From Eubacteriales bacterium (GTDB lineage Bacteria > Bacillota > Clostridia > Oscillospirales > CAG-272): a stretch of 63,718 nt of DNA. Where the stretch lies: positions 1-63,718 of the forward strand of contig JAZSEC010000061.1 in the NCBI GenBank assembly GCA_045531485.1, read 5' to 3'. This document shows, one piece after another, positions 26,313 to 34,409 of this stretch. Position numbers and translations under genes: made by a program. Positions within the stretch are counted from its first letter, which is position 1. Each line of letters starts with the position of its first letter. Below the pieces are notes generated by a model. That model searched no databases. It was not told the origin of the DNA and saw nothing but the letters and a program-made list of their open reading frames with translations.

Positions 26313-29216
26313 ATGAAAAAGATGAAGATCCTGTCATTTATTCTTGCATTTACAATGCTTATCTCTCTGTTTTCCTCGCTTATGGTCGTTGGATTTGCCG
26401 CGTCGGGCGAGATAACCGAGGCAGAGGGCTGGTTTGAATCTGCTTATGCAGAGTGGACTGCTGTTTCGGGTGCCGACGGATATAACGCTTACGTTGCTAC
26501 CGAGGGTGGTAGCTTTGATAAGATCGATTCCGACCTTATTCGTAAGAGCTCCGCGGGCTACCGTGTTGATGCGGTCGGTCTTAAGGCAGGCAGCTATCAG
26601 ATCAAGATAGTTCCCATAATCGACGGTGCGGAGGATGAATCGGGGGCACTCCTTACCGATGCACTTACCGTAGCAGCCTACGACAGAAGCGGCTTTGCTC
26701 ATTTTAATTACACCGACGGTGTCGGTGCGTATAATGACGACGGCACGCTTAAGGATAATGCAATCGTTCTCTATGTTACTAATGAAAATAAGGATACCGT
26801 AAGCGTTACCTCCAAGGACGGCACTACGGTTACCGGTATCGGAAATATTCTTAACTCCGTGGGTCAGGACGTTGGCGGCGGAAAAAGCTCCAAGGGCGGT
26901 GCTGCTAACACAAACAGCGACATCATTCGTAAGCTTGCTCTTGACGGTACTCCTCTCGTTGTACGTATTGTCGGCAACGTTAAGGCTCCCGCGGGACTTA
27001 CCGCATACGACTCGGTTGACTTTGGCGGCAGCGTTGGTGACAACGGCTTTATGGCTCGTATGTCGGGCGGTAAGGATATCACCATTGAGGGAATCGGCTA
27101 TGACGCTACCCTTGACGGCTGGGGTCTTCATTTCATTTGCCAGACTGCGGATTACGGCAGAGGTATAGGCAAGAGCTTTGAGGTGAGAAACATCTCCTTC
27201 AAGAACGTTCCCGAGGATTGCGTAGGCATGGAGGGTCAGCAGGAGGGCTCTGCTCTCACCGCTCCTGTTGAGCGTTGCTGGATCCATCACTGTACCTTCT
27301 ACGCTCCCACCATCGCTAACCCTGCGGAGAGCGATAAGGACGGCGGCGACGGTGCCTGCGACTTCAAGCGTGGTCAGTACTTCACCAATTCCTACTGCTA
27401 TTATAACGGCTATCACAAGACTAACCTGGTTGGCTCCTCCGACTCCTCTCTTCAGTATCATATTACATATCACCACAACTACTGGAAGAACTGCGAATCC
27501 CGTGGTCCTCTCGGACGTCAGGCTGATATCCACATGTATAACAACATCTTTGAGGGACAGACCAGCTATTGCGTAAACCCCAGAGCGAACGCCTACATCT
27601 TCACCGAATACAATATGTTCCTGAAGTGTAAGAATCCCGTTCAGGTCAAGTCGGGTGCTGTAAAGAGCTACAACGACTCCTTCGCAAGCTGCAGCGGTGA
27701 AAACGGTGCTACCGTAGTTACCGATAAGTCCCAGCAGGTTTCCACCTCCAATAAGTATGCCAACTTCGATACTAACCCCTCGCTCAGCTATATTCCGTCG
27801 GGCGATTATATTCTCCAGGAGAGCATCTCCGAGATGAAAAAGGTGGTTATCGCCTATGCCGGCACACAGAAGAAGGATATTATTACTCCCGATGAGGCTA
27901 ACGGCTCTGTAATACCCACCGACCGTTATCCCACCGCTCCCGTTGTGCTAGACTATTCCAAGGGGCTTAATAAGAATTATCTTACCTCCACCAGCGGCAG
28001 CTTTGATAATATTGTATTTAACGTAAAGAAGGTTGCGTCCGACTGCATTACCATAGGCGGCAGCACCAACGACTGTGACATCGTATTCTACGTAAACACC
28101 GCCGTTAACATTTCCATGACCGCGGTTGAAAGCACCTATCTCCCCGTTCTCTGCAACGAGCTTGGCGAGGAGATCATTACAGGCACAGGCAGTGCGTCTG
28201 ATCTTCCCGCGGGCTTCTACTTCATCCAGGCAGGTGCCTATGACGTTGGCTCGTCTAAGTATAAGGAGGCAAAGCTCTCTGCACTTACCATTACCGCAGT
28301 TGATCCCAATGCAGCAACCAATCCCATGCCCACTCCTCCCGCAGGCGGAGATAACACTCCCGGCGAGGACAGCGGCAATACCGACGGCGATAATAACCAG
28401 GGCGGTAATACCGGTGACGGTGGCAACCAGGGTGGATCCGGTGACGTAACGGTTCCAGTTGGCAGCTATACTCATAACGTTACCGAAAACGGCATTTCGG
28501 ATCCCAGCGGCTTCTTTACTCTCGCCGGTGCTACGTCCACCTCTAAGGGTGACGTAAGCTTTAACGGTCAGACTCTTACCAAGTGCATTAAGGTAAGCTC
28601 CAGTGCTTATATTAAGCTCACTGCTCCCGCAGACGGCAAGCTTACTCTCGTGTTTAATCCCTCCTGTGCAGGCTATACCCTTAATATAAACGGTGAGAAG
28701 GGTCATGCGATCCCCTCTGACGGTCTGTTTGTCCTTGACGTAAAGGCGGGTACATATTACGAGATACTGAAGGATAAGAGCGAAAGTTTCCTTTATTATA
28801 TTGTATATACTCCCAGCGAGCTTCCTCATACTCATAGCTATACCGACGAGGTAACTAAGGAGGCAGGCTGTACCGAGGACGGTGTGATCACCTACACCTG
28901 CGAGTGCGGTGACGTTAAGACCGAGACCGTTCCCGCTTTGGGACACGATTTTATGGACGGCTTCTGCATTGATTGCGGTATAGAGGATCCTGATGCTCCC
29001 GTAGTTCCCGATGATCCTGAGATCCCCGATGCTCCCGTAGTTCCCGATGATCCCGAAACGCCCGATGATCCCGAAACACCCGAGGATCCCGAAACACCCG
29101 ATGATCCTACCGATCCCGACGACGGTGAGGAAGAGCTTAACTTCTTCCAGCGTATATGGAAGGCGATCGTGGACTTCTTCAGAAGGCTCTTCGGCATCAA
29201 GGTCGACGAGAAATAA
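26313..29216 (+). CDS. Secreted multidomain pectate lyase-like protein (PL1-like beta-helix core plus C-terminal modules)
   Basis: Signal peptide. WIHHC, DGGDGACD and RGPLGRQADIHMYNN resemble the vWiDH / D-x-D / RxPxxR...H.YNN motifs of PL1 pectate lyases. The C-terminus carries a Cys module, a Pro/Asp linker and an amphipathic tail. Confidence 0.65.
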   Translation: MKKMKILSFILAFTMLISLFSSLMVVGFAASGEITEAEGWFESAYAEWTAVSGADGYNAYVATEGGSFDKIDSDLIRKSSAGYRVDAVGLKAGSYQIKIVPIIDGAEDESGALLTDALTVAAYDRSGFAHFNYTDGVGAYNDDGTLKDNAIVLYVTNENKDTVSVTSKDGTTVTGIGNILNSVGQDVGGGKSSKGGAANTNSDIIRKLALDGTPLVVRIVGNVKAPAGLTAYDSVDFGGSVGDNGFMARMSGGKDITIEGIGYDATLDGWGLHFICQTADYGRGIGKSFEVRNISFKNVPEDCVGMEGQQEGSALTAPVERCWIHHCTFYAPTIANPAESDKDGGDGACDFKRGQYFTNSYCYYNGYHKTNLVGSSDSSLQYHITYHHNYWKNCESRGPLGRQADIHMYNNIFEGQTSYCVNPRANAYIFTEYNMFLKCKNPVQVKSGAVKSYNDSFASCSGENGATVVTDKSQQVSTSNKYANFDTNPSLSYIPSGDYILQESISEMKKVVIAYAGTQKKDIITPDEANGSVIPTDRYPTAPVVLDYSKGLNKNYLTSTSGSFDNIVFNVKKVASDCITIGGSTNDCDIVFYVNTAVNISMTAVESTYLPVLCNELGEEIITGTGSASDLPAGFYFIQAGAYDVGSSKYKEAKLSALTITAVDPNAATNPMPTPPAGGDNTPGEDSGNTDGDNNQGGNTGDGGNQGGSGDVTVPVGSYTHNVTENGISDPSGFFTLAGATSTSKGDVSFNGQTLTKCIKVSSSAYIKLTAPADGKLTLVFNPSCAGYTLNINGEKGHAIPSDGLFVLDVKAGTYYEILKDKSESFLYYIVYTPSELPHTHSYTDEVTKEAGCTEDGVITYTCECGDVKTETVPALGHDFMDGFCIDCGIEDPDAPVVPDDPEIPDAPVVPDDPETPDDPETPEDPETPDDPTDPDDGEEELNFFQRIWKAIVDFFRRLFGIKVDEK
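28980..29120 (+). repeat. In-frame Pro/Asp-rich low-complexity repeat (linker)
   Basis: DPDAPVVPDDPEIPDAPVVPDDPETPDDPETPEDPETPDDPTDPDD, encoded by reiterated GATCCCGAAACNCCC-type units. Confidence 0.8.
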
Positions 29217-29225
29217 ACAACAAAA

Positions 29226-29249
29226 GCGGCACTCTGCGTGCCGCTTTTT
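29226..29249 (+). terminator. Intrinsic terminator
   Basis: GCGGCAC-TCTGC-GTGCCGC hairpin followed by T5. Confidence 0.8.
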
Positions 29250-29360
29250 CTATTTCTGAGAAACAAAACCGACTTCCCCACTATGTGATTTAATCACAGA
29301 AATTCCCATTTTCCTTTGATATAATAGGGTCACAAAGAAAGACAAAAAAGGAGTAACAAT

Positions 29361-29669
29361 ATGTCAGCTATTAGACTTAATAACGAGAATTTTGATAGAG
29401 TAAGAAATAACGAGGGCCTCTCGCTTCTCGATTTTTATGCAGATTGGTGCGGCCCCTGCCGTATGGTGCTTCCCATAGTGGATGAGATCGCCTCCGAGAG
29501 GGAGGATCTGCTGGTTGGCAAGATCAACGTAAACGACAACCCCGAGCTCGCCCGCGAATTCGGCGTCATCAGCATTCCCACGCTGATCGTCATGAAGGAC
29601 GGCAGAATAATCAACCGCTCCAGCGGAGCAAAGAATAAGGCAAAGATTCTTGAGATGGTTTATCAATAA
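29361..29669 (+). CDS. trxA: Thioredoxin
   Basis: WCGPC active site. 102 aa. Confidence 0.95.
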   Translation: MSAIRLNNENFDRVRNNEGLSLLDFYADWCGPCRMVLPIVDEIASEREDLLVGKINVNDNPELAREFGVISIPTLIVMKDGRIINRSSGAKNKAKILEMVYQ

Positions 29670-29705
29670 GGATAAATAAATACCTCCAAAAAATAATACG
29701 CGAAG

Positions 29706-29734
29706 AAAAAGGACGAGAAATCTCGTCCTTTTTT
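29706..29734. terminator. Bidirectional intrinsic terminator
   Basis: GGACGAGA-AA-TCTCGTCC hairpin between an A5 run and a T6 run. Confidence 0.8.
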
Positions 29735-29735
29735 A

Positions 29736-30269
29736 TTATTGATACTCATGGCCCTCCATGCCGGCGATAATGTTCTCGATGGGATCGGTCAAGGCGTCGG
29801 GCAGCAGGTCGTAATATATGGCACTCACGCTGAGGAACTCAAGAATTATCAGCTGTATCCAGTAATACAGAATGGAAATATCTCCGCTGCCTGCAAATTC
29901 GCCCTCCTGCTGCATAAGCCAGCCAATGCCGAGGAAAATAAACAGTGGAAGGATAAAAAATCCGCTGAAAATGATAGGCACGAATATGCTTTCGCGGTGA
30001 TTTACCTTAACCACCACGCACATAAAGATCAGTCCGACGATAAGCGAGGCAAAATTGAATATGGGAGGGAAGGAGATTGCTATATTCGCACCGCCAAAAA
30101 CAAATTCAATGCTTTCGGTGTAAATGAACAGCTTGCCGAGAATTGCCGCGGCAAGATAAATGATCGAGCAGGCGATAAGAGATGGAGTACGCTCTCTTTT
30201 TCCTCTTTTAACAATAGCACGGATGCCGATTATCAGTACCACCGCAGAAAAAATCAAGGAAATAACCAT
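29736..30269 (-). CDS. Hypothetical polytopic membrane protein
   Basis: 177 aa with about 5 TM helices. It is last in the MBL-crp operon. I recognise no family. Confidence 0.5.
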   Translation of the reverse strand: MVISLIFSAVVLIIGIRAIVKRGKRERTPSLIACSIIYLAAAILGKLFIYTESIEFVFGGANIAISFPPIFNFASLIVGLIFMCVVVKVNHRESIFVPIIFSGFFILPLFIFLGIGWLMQQEGEFAGSGDISILYYWIQLIILEFLSVSAIYYDLLPDALTDPIENIIAGMEGHEYQ

Positions 30270-30281
30270 ATAACCTTCAAA

Positions 30282-30971
30282 TTATCTGATCAGCTCTCTG
30301 AGTCTTTTTTTATCGAGGATCTTAATGCCGTCGCTTCTTGATGCAGATACCAGTCCCTCGGAGGCAAAGTACTTCATCATTCTCGATACCACCTCACGGG
30401 CAGAGCCCATGTATTTTGCTATCTGCTCGTGGGTCAGCTTTATCGTATCGCTGCCGCTCTTTGATACCTCGTCAAGCAGGAAAATGGCAAGACGCTTGTC
30501 CATACTCATAAACAGTATCTGCTGCATTATCCACATAACGTCGGAGAAGCGGGCAAGGGCGGATTCGTAGGTAAATATCTTGACCGCGTCGGATTTTTGC
30601 CACACACCCTCGTATGCACATCCGCCTACTACTACGCACTCGCTGTCTTCCTCGGCGTCGATAAATACGTCGAAGGTGATGCTGTCCAGCACGCAGGATG
30701 CCGAGAGAATGCAGGTATCACCGGGGAACAGACGGTAGAGAGTCACCTCCTTGCCCTCGTCGGAGAGCAGGTAAAGGCGTAGCGAGCCGCTTTTGATAAG
30801 GATAACTCCTGTGCATTCACCGCCGTCATGTACGTTGGTGCCGCGTCTGTATTTTACCGCATGGGAGGAGTGGATAAAGGTATCCTTATCCCATTGACTA
30901 AGTCCCTCCCAGAAGGGAAAGGCGTTTTCAAATACTTTAATAAGCTCTTGTTCGTTCATCTCAAATTTCAA
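30282..30971 (-). CDS. Crp/Fnr family transcriptional regulator
   Basis: A cNMP-binding-like beta-roll followed by a C-terminal HTH (THEQIAKYMGSAREVVSRMMKYF). Confidence 0.85.
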   Translation of the reverse strand: MKFEMNEQELIKVFENAFPFWEGLSQWDKDTFIHSSHAVKYRRGTNVHDGGECTGVILIKSGSLRLYLLSDEGKEVTLYRLFPGDTCILSASCVLDSITFDVFIDAEEDSECVVVGGCAYEGVWQKSDAVKIFTYESALARFSDVMWIMQQILFMSMDKRLAIFLLDEVSKSGSDTIKLTHEQIAKYMGSAREVVSRMMKYFASEGLVSASRSDGIKILDKKRLRELIR

Positions 30972-31719
30972 TACTGTCGCCTGCGGACAGATATTTTATA
31001 TCCTTCATATATTTTTTAATAAAATCAAATTGCTGAGCACCCGTGCAGTGACAGGTGTAAAATTCACATCCGGTGGCATCAAGCTCTCTTGCAGCCAGCA
31101 CAAGCTCCTCGTCAAGTGGCATATTCATAAAGTGAAATCCGCCGATCATAACGTCGGGTCCTATTCTCCTTACGATAGGCAGAATACCCTTGTGAGAGCA
31201 GCCGCTGATAAGCACCCGTTTGCCGTCCTCCTCGATAAGTAAATATTGCTCGTGGTCGAAGGAGTCGGGCAGATGCCTTTCATCCCGTTTTACCGTCAAT
31301 TTGCCGTCTGAGTAAGAAAAATCCACACCCGTAAGGCTGATTTTATCACATATTTCGGTGTCACCGTCGGTAAATATTAGCCTTTTGCTTTGGCTGAGGT
31401 CGGGGTCAAGGCCTATGTATTTTTCACCGTTATAGTAGGGGAGGAAGGCGTTACGTCTTACGTATACACCCGCTCTGTCGTTCATTTCAAGAAAGCCACG
31501 AAGTCCGCCGCCGTGATCGTAGTGACCGTGGGAGATTACAGCTATATCCACCGAGGAGAGATCCACGCCCAGCCTTTGTGCGTTTTTAATAAAGCCGTCG
31601 CTCTGTCCCATATCAAACAGGATCCGTCTGCCGCACGCCTCAATATAAAGAGAAAGACCGTGCTCGCATTGTATTTCCTCTCTTGCAGAGGTGTTTTCTA
31701 TAAGGGAGATTATTTTCAT
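30961..31719 (-). CDS. MBL-fold metallo-hydrolase
   Basis: ISHGHYDHGGG (HxHxDH) motif. It overlaps the crp gene by 11 nt. Confidence 0.85.
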   Translation of the reverse strand: MKIISLIENTSAREEIQCEHGLSLYIEACGRRILFDMGQSDGFIKNAQRLGVDLSSVDIAVISHGHYDHGGGLRGFLEMNDRAGVYVRRNAFLPYYNGEKYIGLDPDLSQSKRLIFTDGDTEICDKISLTGVDFSYSDGKLTVKRDERHLPDSFDHEQYLLIEEDGKRVLISGCSHKGILPIVRRIGPDVMIGGFHFMNMPLDEELVLAARELDATGCEFYTCHCTGAQQFDFIKKYMKDIKYLSAGDSIEI

Positions 31720-31750
31720 CTATATTATCCTTATATCTAAAGAAATCTGT

Positions 31751-31787
31751 CTATAAAAATTATAGCACTATTTTCCATTTATGTCAA
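31751..31787 (-). promoter_or_regulatory. Consensus promoter of the MBL-crp operon with an overlapping PerR/Fur-like palindrome
   Basis: On the minus strand: TTGACA (31787-31782), 17-nt spacer, TGcTATAAT (-10 at 31764-31759). The 15-bp palindrome CTATAA-AAA-TTATAG (31751-31765) covers the -10. It matches 12 of 14 specified positions of TTATAATnATTATAA. Confidence 0.55.
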
Positions 31788-31818
31788 TAAAATAAAAATT
31801 TTAATAAAATTGAAAAAA

Positions 31819-31860
31819 TGTGACAAAGTCACACACAAAAGCAAAAAAATGTGCTATAAT
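31819..31860 (+). promoter_or_regulatory. dfx promoter: extended -10 with a TGTGAC-AAA-GTCACA palindrome centred near -41
   Basis: TGTGACAAAGTCACA at 31819-31833 and TGcTATAAT with its -10 at 31855-31860. There is no recognisable -35. This geometry is that of a class II Crp/Fnr-type activator site. Confidence 0.5.
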
Positions 31861-31896
31861 AGAGTTACAAAAAACAATCCATGGAGGAATAAAAAT

Positions 31897-32277
31897 ATGT
31901 CTAAAACTAAATTCTATATTTGTGAGAAGTGCGGTAACCTTATCGAGAAGATCGACGATTCGGGTGTTCCCGTAGTATGCTGCGGTCAGAAGATGACTCC
32001 CATCGAGGCAGGCACCGTTGAGGCGAGCCGTGAGAAGCATATTCCCGTTGCTACCGTAGAGGGTAATACCGTTAAGGTAGTTGTTGGCTCCGTTCAGCAT
32101 CCTATGGCAGAGGAACATTCTATCCTCTGGATCGAGCTTAAGACCGATAAGGGCGTGCAGAGAAAGCATCTTAATCCCGGCGAGGCACCTGCTGTGACCT
32201 TCGCTCTTGCGGATGAAGCTCCCCTTGAGGTTTATGCTTACTGCAACCTTCACGGGCTCTGGAAATCCTCTATTTAA
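31897..32277 (+). CDS. dfx: Desulfoferrodoxin (2Fe superoxide reductase)
   Basis: N-terminal CEKCGN...VVCCG desulforedoxin centre and a C-terminal H...H...CNLHG centre II. Start moved to MSKTKFY (31897), which has a GGAGG RBS. Confidence 0.9.
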   Translation: MSKTKFYICEKCGNLIEKIDDSGVPVVCCGQKMTPIEAGTVEASREKHIPVATVEGNTVKVVVGSVQHPMAEEHSILWIELKTDKGVQRKHLNPGEAPAVTFALADEAPLEVYAYCNLHGLWKSSI

Positions 32278-32316
32278 TGACAAAATGTCAACATTACTTA
32301 ACAAAAGGAGTAAAAA

Positions 32317-32826
32317 ATGAACGAAAGAGTACACGAATTGCTTAACGATCAGATAAACAAGGAGCTTTACAGTGCATACCTTTATCTTGATTTTTCCAAC
32401 TATTTCAAGCGTGTAGGCCTTGACGGCTTTGCAAATTGGTATTACATTCAGGCACAGGAGGAGCGTGATCACGCAATGCTCTTCTATCAGTATCTTCAGA
32501 ACGAGAGCAAGGAGGTAACCCTTAAGGCCATTGACAAGCCCGATAAGGCTCTTACCGATCACATGTCTGTTCTTGAGGCGGGTCTGGAGCATGAAAAGTA
32601 CGTTACCTCCCTTATTCACGACATCTATGCCGAGGCGTATAAGATCCACGATTTCCGTACCATGCAGTTCCTTGACTGGTTCGTTAAGGAGCAGGGCGAG
32701 GAGGAGACCAACGCCAACGATATGATCACCAAGATGGAGCTGTTCGGTTCTGATCCCAGAAGCCTCTATATGCTTAATCAGGAGCTGGCGGCGAGAGTTT
32801 ATTCCGCACCCTCTCTCGTATTATAA
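32317..32826 (+). CDS. Non-haem ferritin
   Basis: LNDQINKELYSAYLYL...QAQEERDHA ferroxidase-centre residues. 169 aa. Confidence 0.9.
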   Translation: MNERVHELLNDQINKELYSAYLYLDFSNYFKRVGLDGFANWYYIQAQEERDHAMLFYQYLQNESKEVTLKAIDKPDKALTDHMSVLEAGLEHEKYVTSLIHDIYAEAYKIHDFRTMQFLDWFVKEQGEEETNANDMITKMELFGSDPRSLYMLNQELAARVYSAPSLVL

Positions 32827-32862
32827 GGTCTGCTATTTGACGACAACGAAAAAAGATTTTCC

Positions 32863-32901
32863 ACCGCCGTTTGCTCGACTCTTAGGGTCACAGACGGCGG
32901 T
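32863..32901 (+). other. Strong GC-rich hairpin without a U-tract
   Basis: An 11-bp stem ACCGCCGTTTG/CAGACGGCGGT with a 17-nt loop, lying 37 nt after the ferritin stop. With no T-run, its terminator status is uncertain. Confidence 0.45.
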
Positions 32902-32908
32902 TGTCGCC

Positions 32909-32928
32909 TAGATTGTCGGATCAATCTA
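32909..32928 (+). promoter_or_regulatory. 20-bp palindrome immediately upstream of the zupT RBS
   Basis: TAGATTG-TCGGAT-CAATCTA with 7-bp perfect arms, 7 nt before AGGAG. Confidence 0.4.
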
Positions 32929-32949
32929 CATTTTTAGGAGATTTGTTTT

Positions 32950-33723
32950 ATGGATATTGTGCTTTTGACCGCTATTGCAGCTCTCGGAGTTGGCGGTGCA
33001 ACCATCGTTGGTGCATTGATCGGCTTCGCCTTTAAAAAAATATCCCACAAATTTTCGGATATCATACTTTCCTTTGCGGCGGGAGTTATGCTTGCCGCGG
33101 CGGTGCTGGGCCTGATCATACCCTCTGTTGAGGAGGGACTTGAATATGGCAAGCCGATAGCACTGCTTATTACCGTAGCGGGTCTGTTCGTCGGTGCTCT
33201 TTGCCTTAATCTGATAGACAAGCTGGTGCCTCATCTTCACGCACTTGCAGGTGTGGAGCAGGAGAGTCACAAAAGCACAAGTCTTAACAAGGTGCTTCTC
33301 TTCGTTATGGCTATCGCCATACATAATCTGCCTGAGGGAATTGCGGCGGGCGTTGGCTTCGGCTCGGGGGACACCTCGGGTGCATTGATAATTGCCGGCG
33401 GTATCGCACTTCAGAATATTCCCGAGGGTATGGTTATTATCGCACCCATGCTGGCGGCGGGAGTAAGTAAAAAACGCACTCTGCTTATCGCCTCGCTCAC
33501 CGGTCTTGTGGAGGTCATCGGTACGCTGATAGGCTTCCTTGCTGTCAGCATCTCGGAGGCGATCCTGCCCTTTGCACTTGCCTTTGCCGGCGGAACCATG
33601 CTCTACGTTATCAGCGACGAGATGATTCCAGAAACTCACGCTCACGGCGAGCAGCGTGGAGCAACCTACGCCCTTCTTTTCGGCTTTGCAGTCATGCTTT
33701 GTATGGATTTTCTTCTGGGATAG
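32950..33723 (+). CDS. zupT: ZIP family divalent metal (zinc) transporter
   Basis: 257 aa. The HNLPEG and QNIPEG motifs in TM4/TM5 are typical of ZupT. Confidence 0.8.
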   Translation: MDIVLLTAIAALGVGGATIVGALIGFAFKKISHKFSDIILSFAAGVMLAAAVLGLIIPSVEEGLEYGKPIALLITVAGLFVGALCLNLIDKLVPHLHALAGVEQESHKSTSLNKVLLFVMAIAIHNLPEGIAAGVGFGSGDTSGALIIAGGIALQNIPEGMVIIAPMLAAGVSKKRTLLIASLTGLVEVIGTLIGFLAVSISEAILPFALAFAGGTMLYVISDEMIPETHAHGEQRGATYALLFGFAVMLCMDFLLG

Positions 33724-33816
33724 ATAATGCACAAAAGTATTATATCACCGAAATCTATTGATTTCTGTTGACATTTCTGCTATAATTGTCGCAAATCCTT
33801 CAAGGAGAATGACGAT

Positions 33817-34275
33817 ATGCAAAAAAATGACAAAATCAAAGAGCTGATCCGTGCTCTGAAATTCACACTTATTTCCATAAGTGCGGGCGTAATACAGATA
33901 GGCAGCTTTACTCTTCTTTACGAGCTGCTCAGCCTGGACTACTGGCTTTCCTATCTGGTAAGTCTTTTGCTTTCCATAATCTGGAACTTTACCATCAATC
34001 GCAAGATCACCTTCAAATCTGCCACCAACGTACCGAAGGCTATGGCACAGCTGCTGGGCTTTTACGCGGTGTTCACTCCCGTCACTATGCTCGGAGGTCA
34101 GTGGGTGGAAAGCCTTGGCGTTCACGGTATTATCGTAGAGGCGGTTACCATGATACTGAACTTCGTTCTTGAGTTCCTCTTCTGCCGATTCGTTATCTAT
34201 CGCAATTCCTGCGACAGTGCAGAGAAGGGTAATGGAACAGAGGAAAAAATCGGTGAAAAAACCGACGAGGCTTAA
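33817..34275 (+). CDS. GtrA family membrane protein
   Basis: 152 aa, 4 TM helices, an N-terminal KF.L.S..G..Q pattern and an NFTINR motif. Confidence 0.7.
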   Translation: MQKNDKIKELIRALKFTLISISAGVIQIGSFTLLYELLSLDYWLSYLVSLLLSIIWNFTINRKITFKSATNVPKAMAQLLGFYAVFTPVTMLGGQWVESLGVHGIIVEAVTMILNFVLEFLFCRFVIYRNSCDSAEKGNGTEEKIGEKTDEA

Positions 34276-34293
34276 TTTTGCTTTAAATAACTT

Positions 34294-34325
34294 AAAAAAA
34301 GGACGGAAAAAACGTCCTTTTTTCT
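34294..34325 (+). terminator. Intrinsic terminator
   Basis: GGACG-GAAAAAA-CGTCC followed by T7. The stem is short. Confidence 0.6.
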
Positions 34326-34343
34326 TTGAAAACGGTAAAATAA

Positions 34344-34372
34344 TTGACAACTGCACAATATTATGTTATAAT
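34344..34372 (+). promoter_or_regulatory. Consensus sigma-A promoter of the second GPH transporter
   Basis: TTGACA (34344-34349), 17-nt spacer, TATAAT (34367-34372). Confidence 0.7.
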
Positions 34373-34409
34373 GATTGATGCCTAAAAATAAATAAGGAAG
34401 GTATAATCA

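Noticed and set aside
26334-28946. 399-aa and 332-aa minus-strand ORFs (26334-27533 and 27948-28946)
   Set aside because: They are antisense to the pectate lyase-like gene, and only the sense frame carries a signal peptide and PL1-type motifs.
32827-32949. Zur box in front of the ZIP transporter
   Set aside because: No sequence resembles the Firmicute Zur consensus (AAATCGTAATnATTACGATTT). Only the unrelated palindrome reported in the findings is present.
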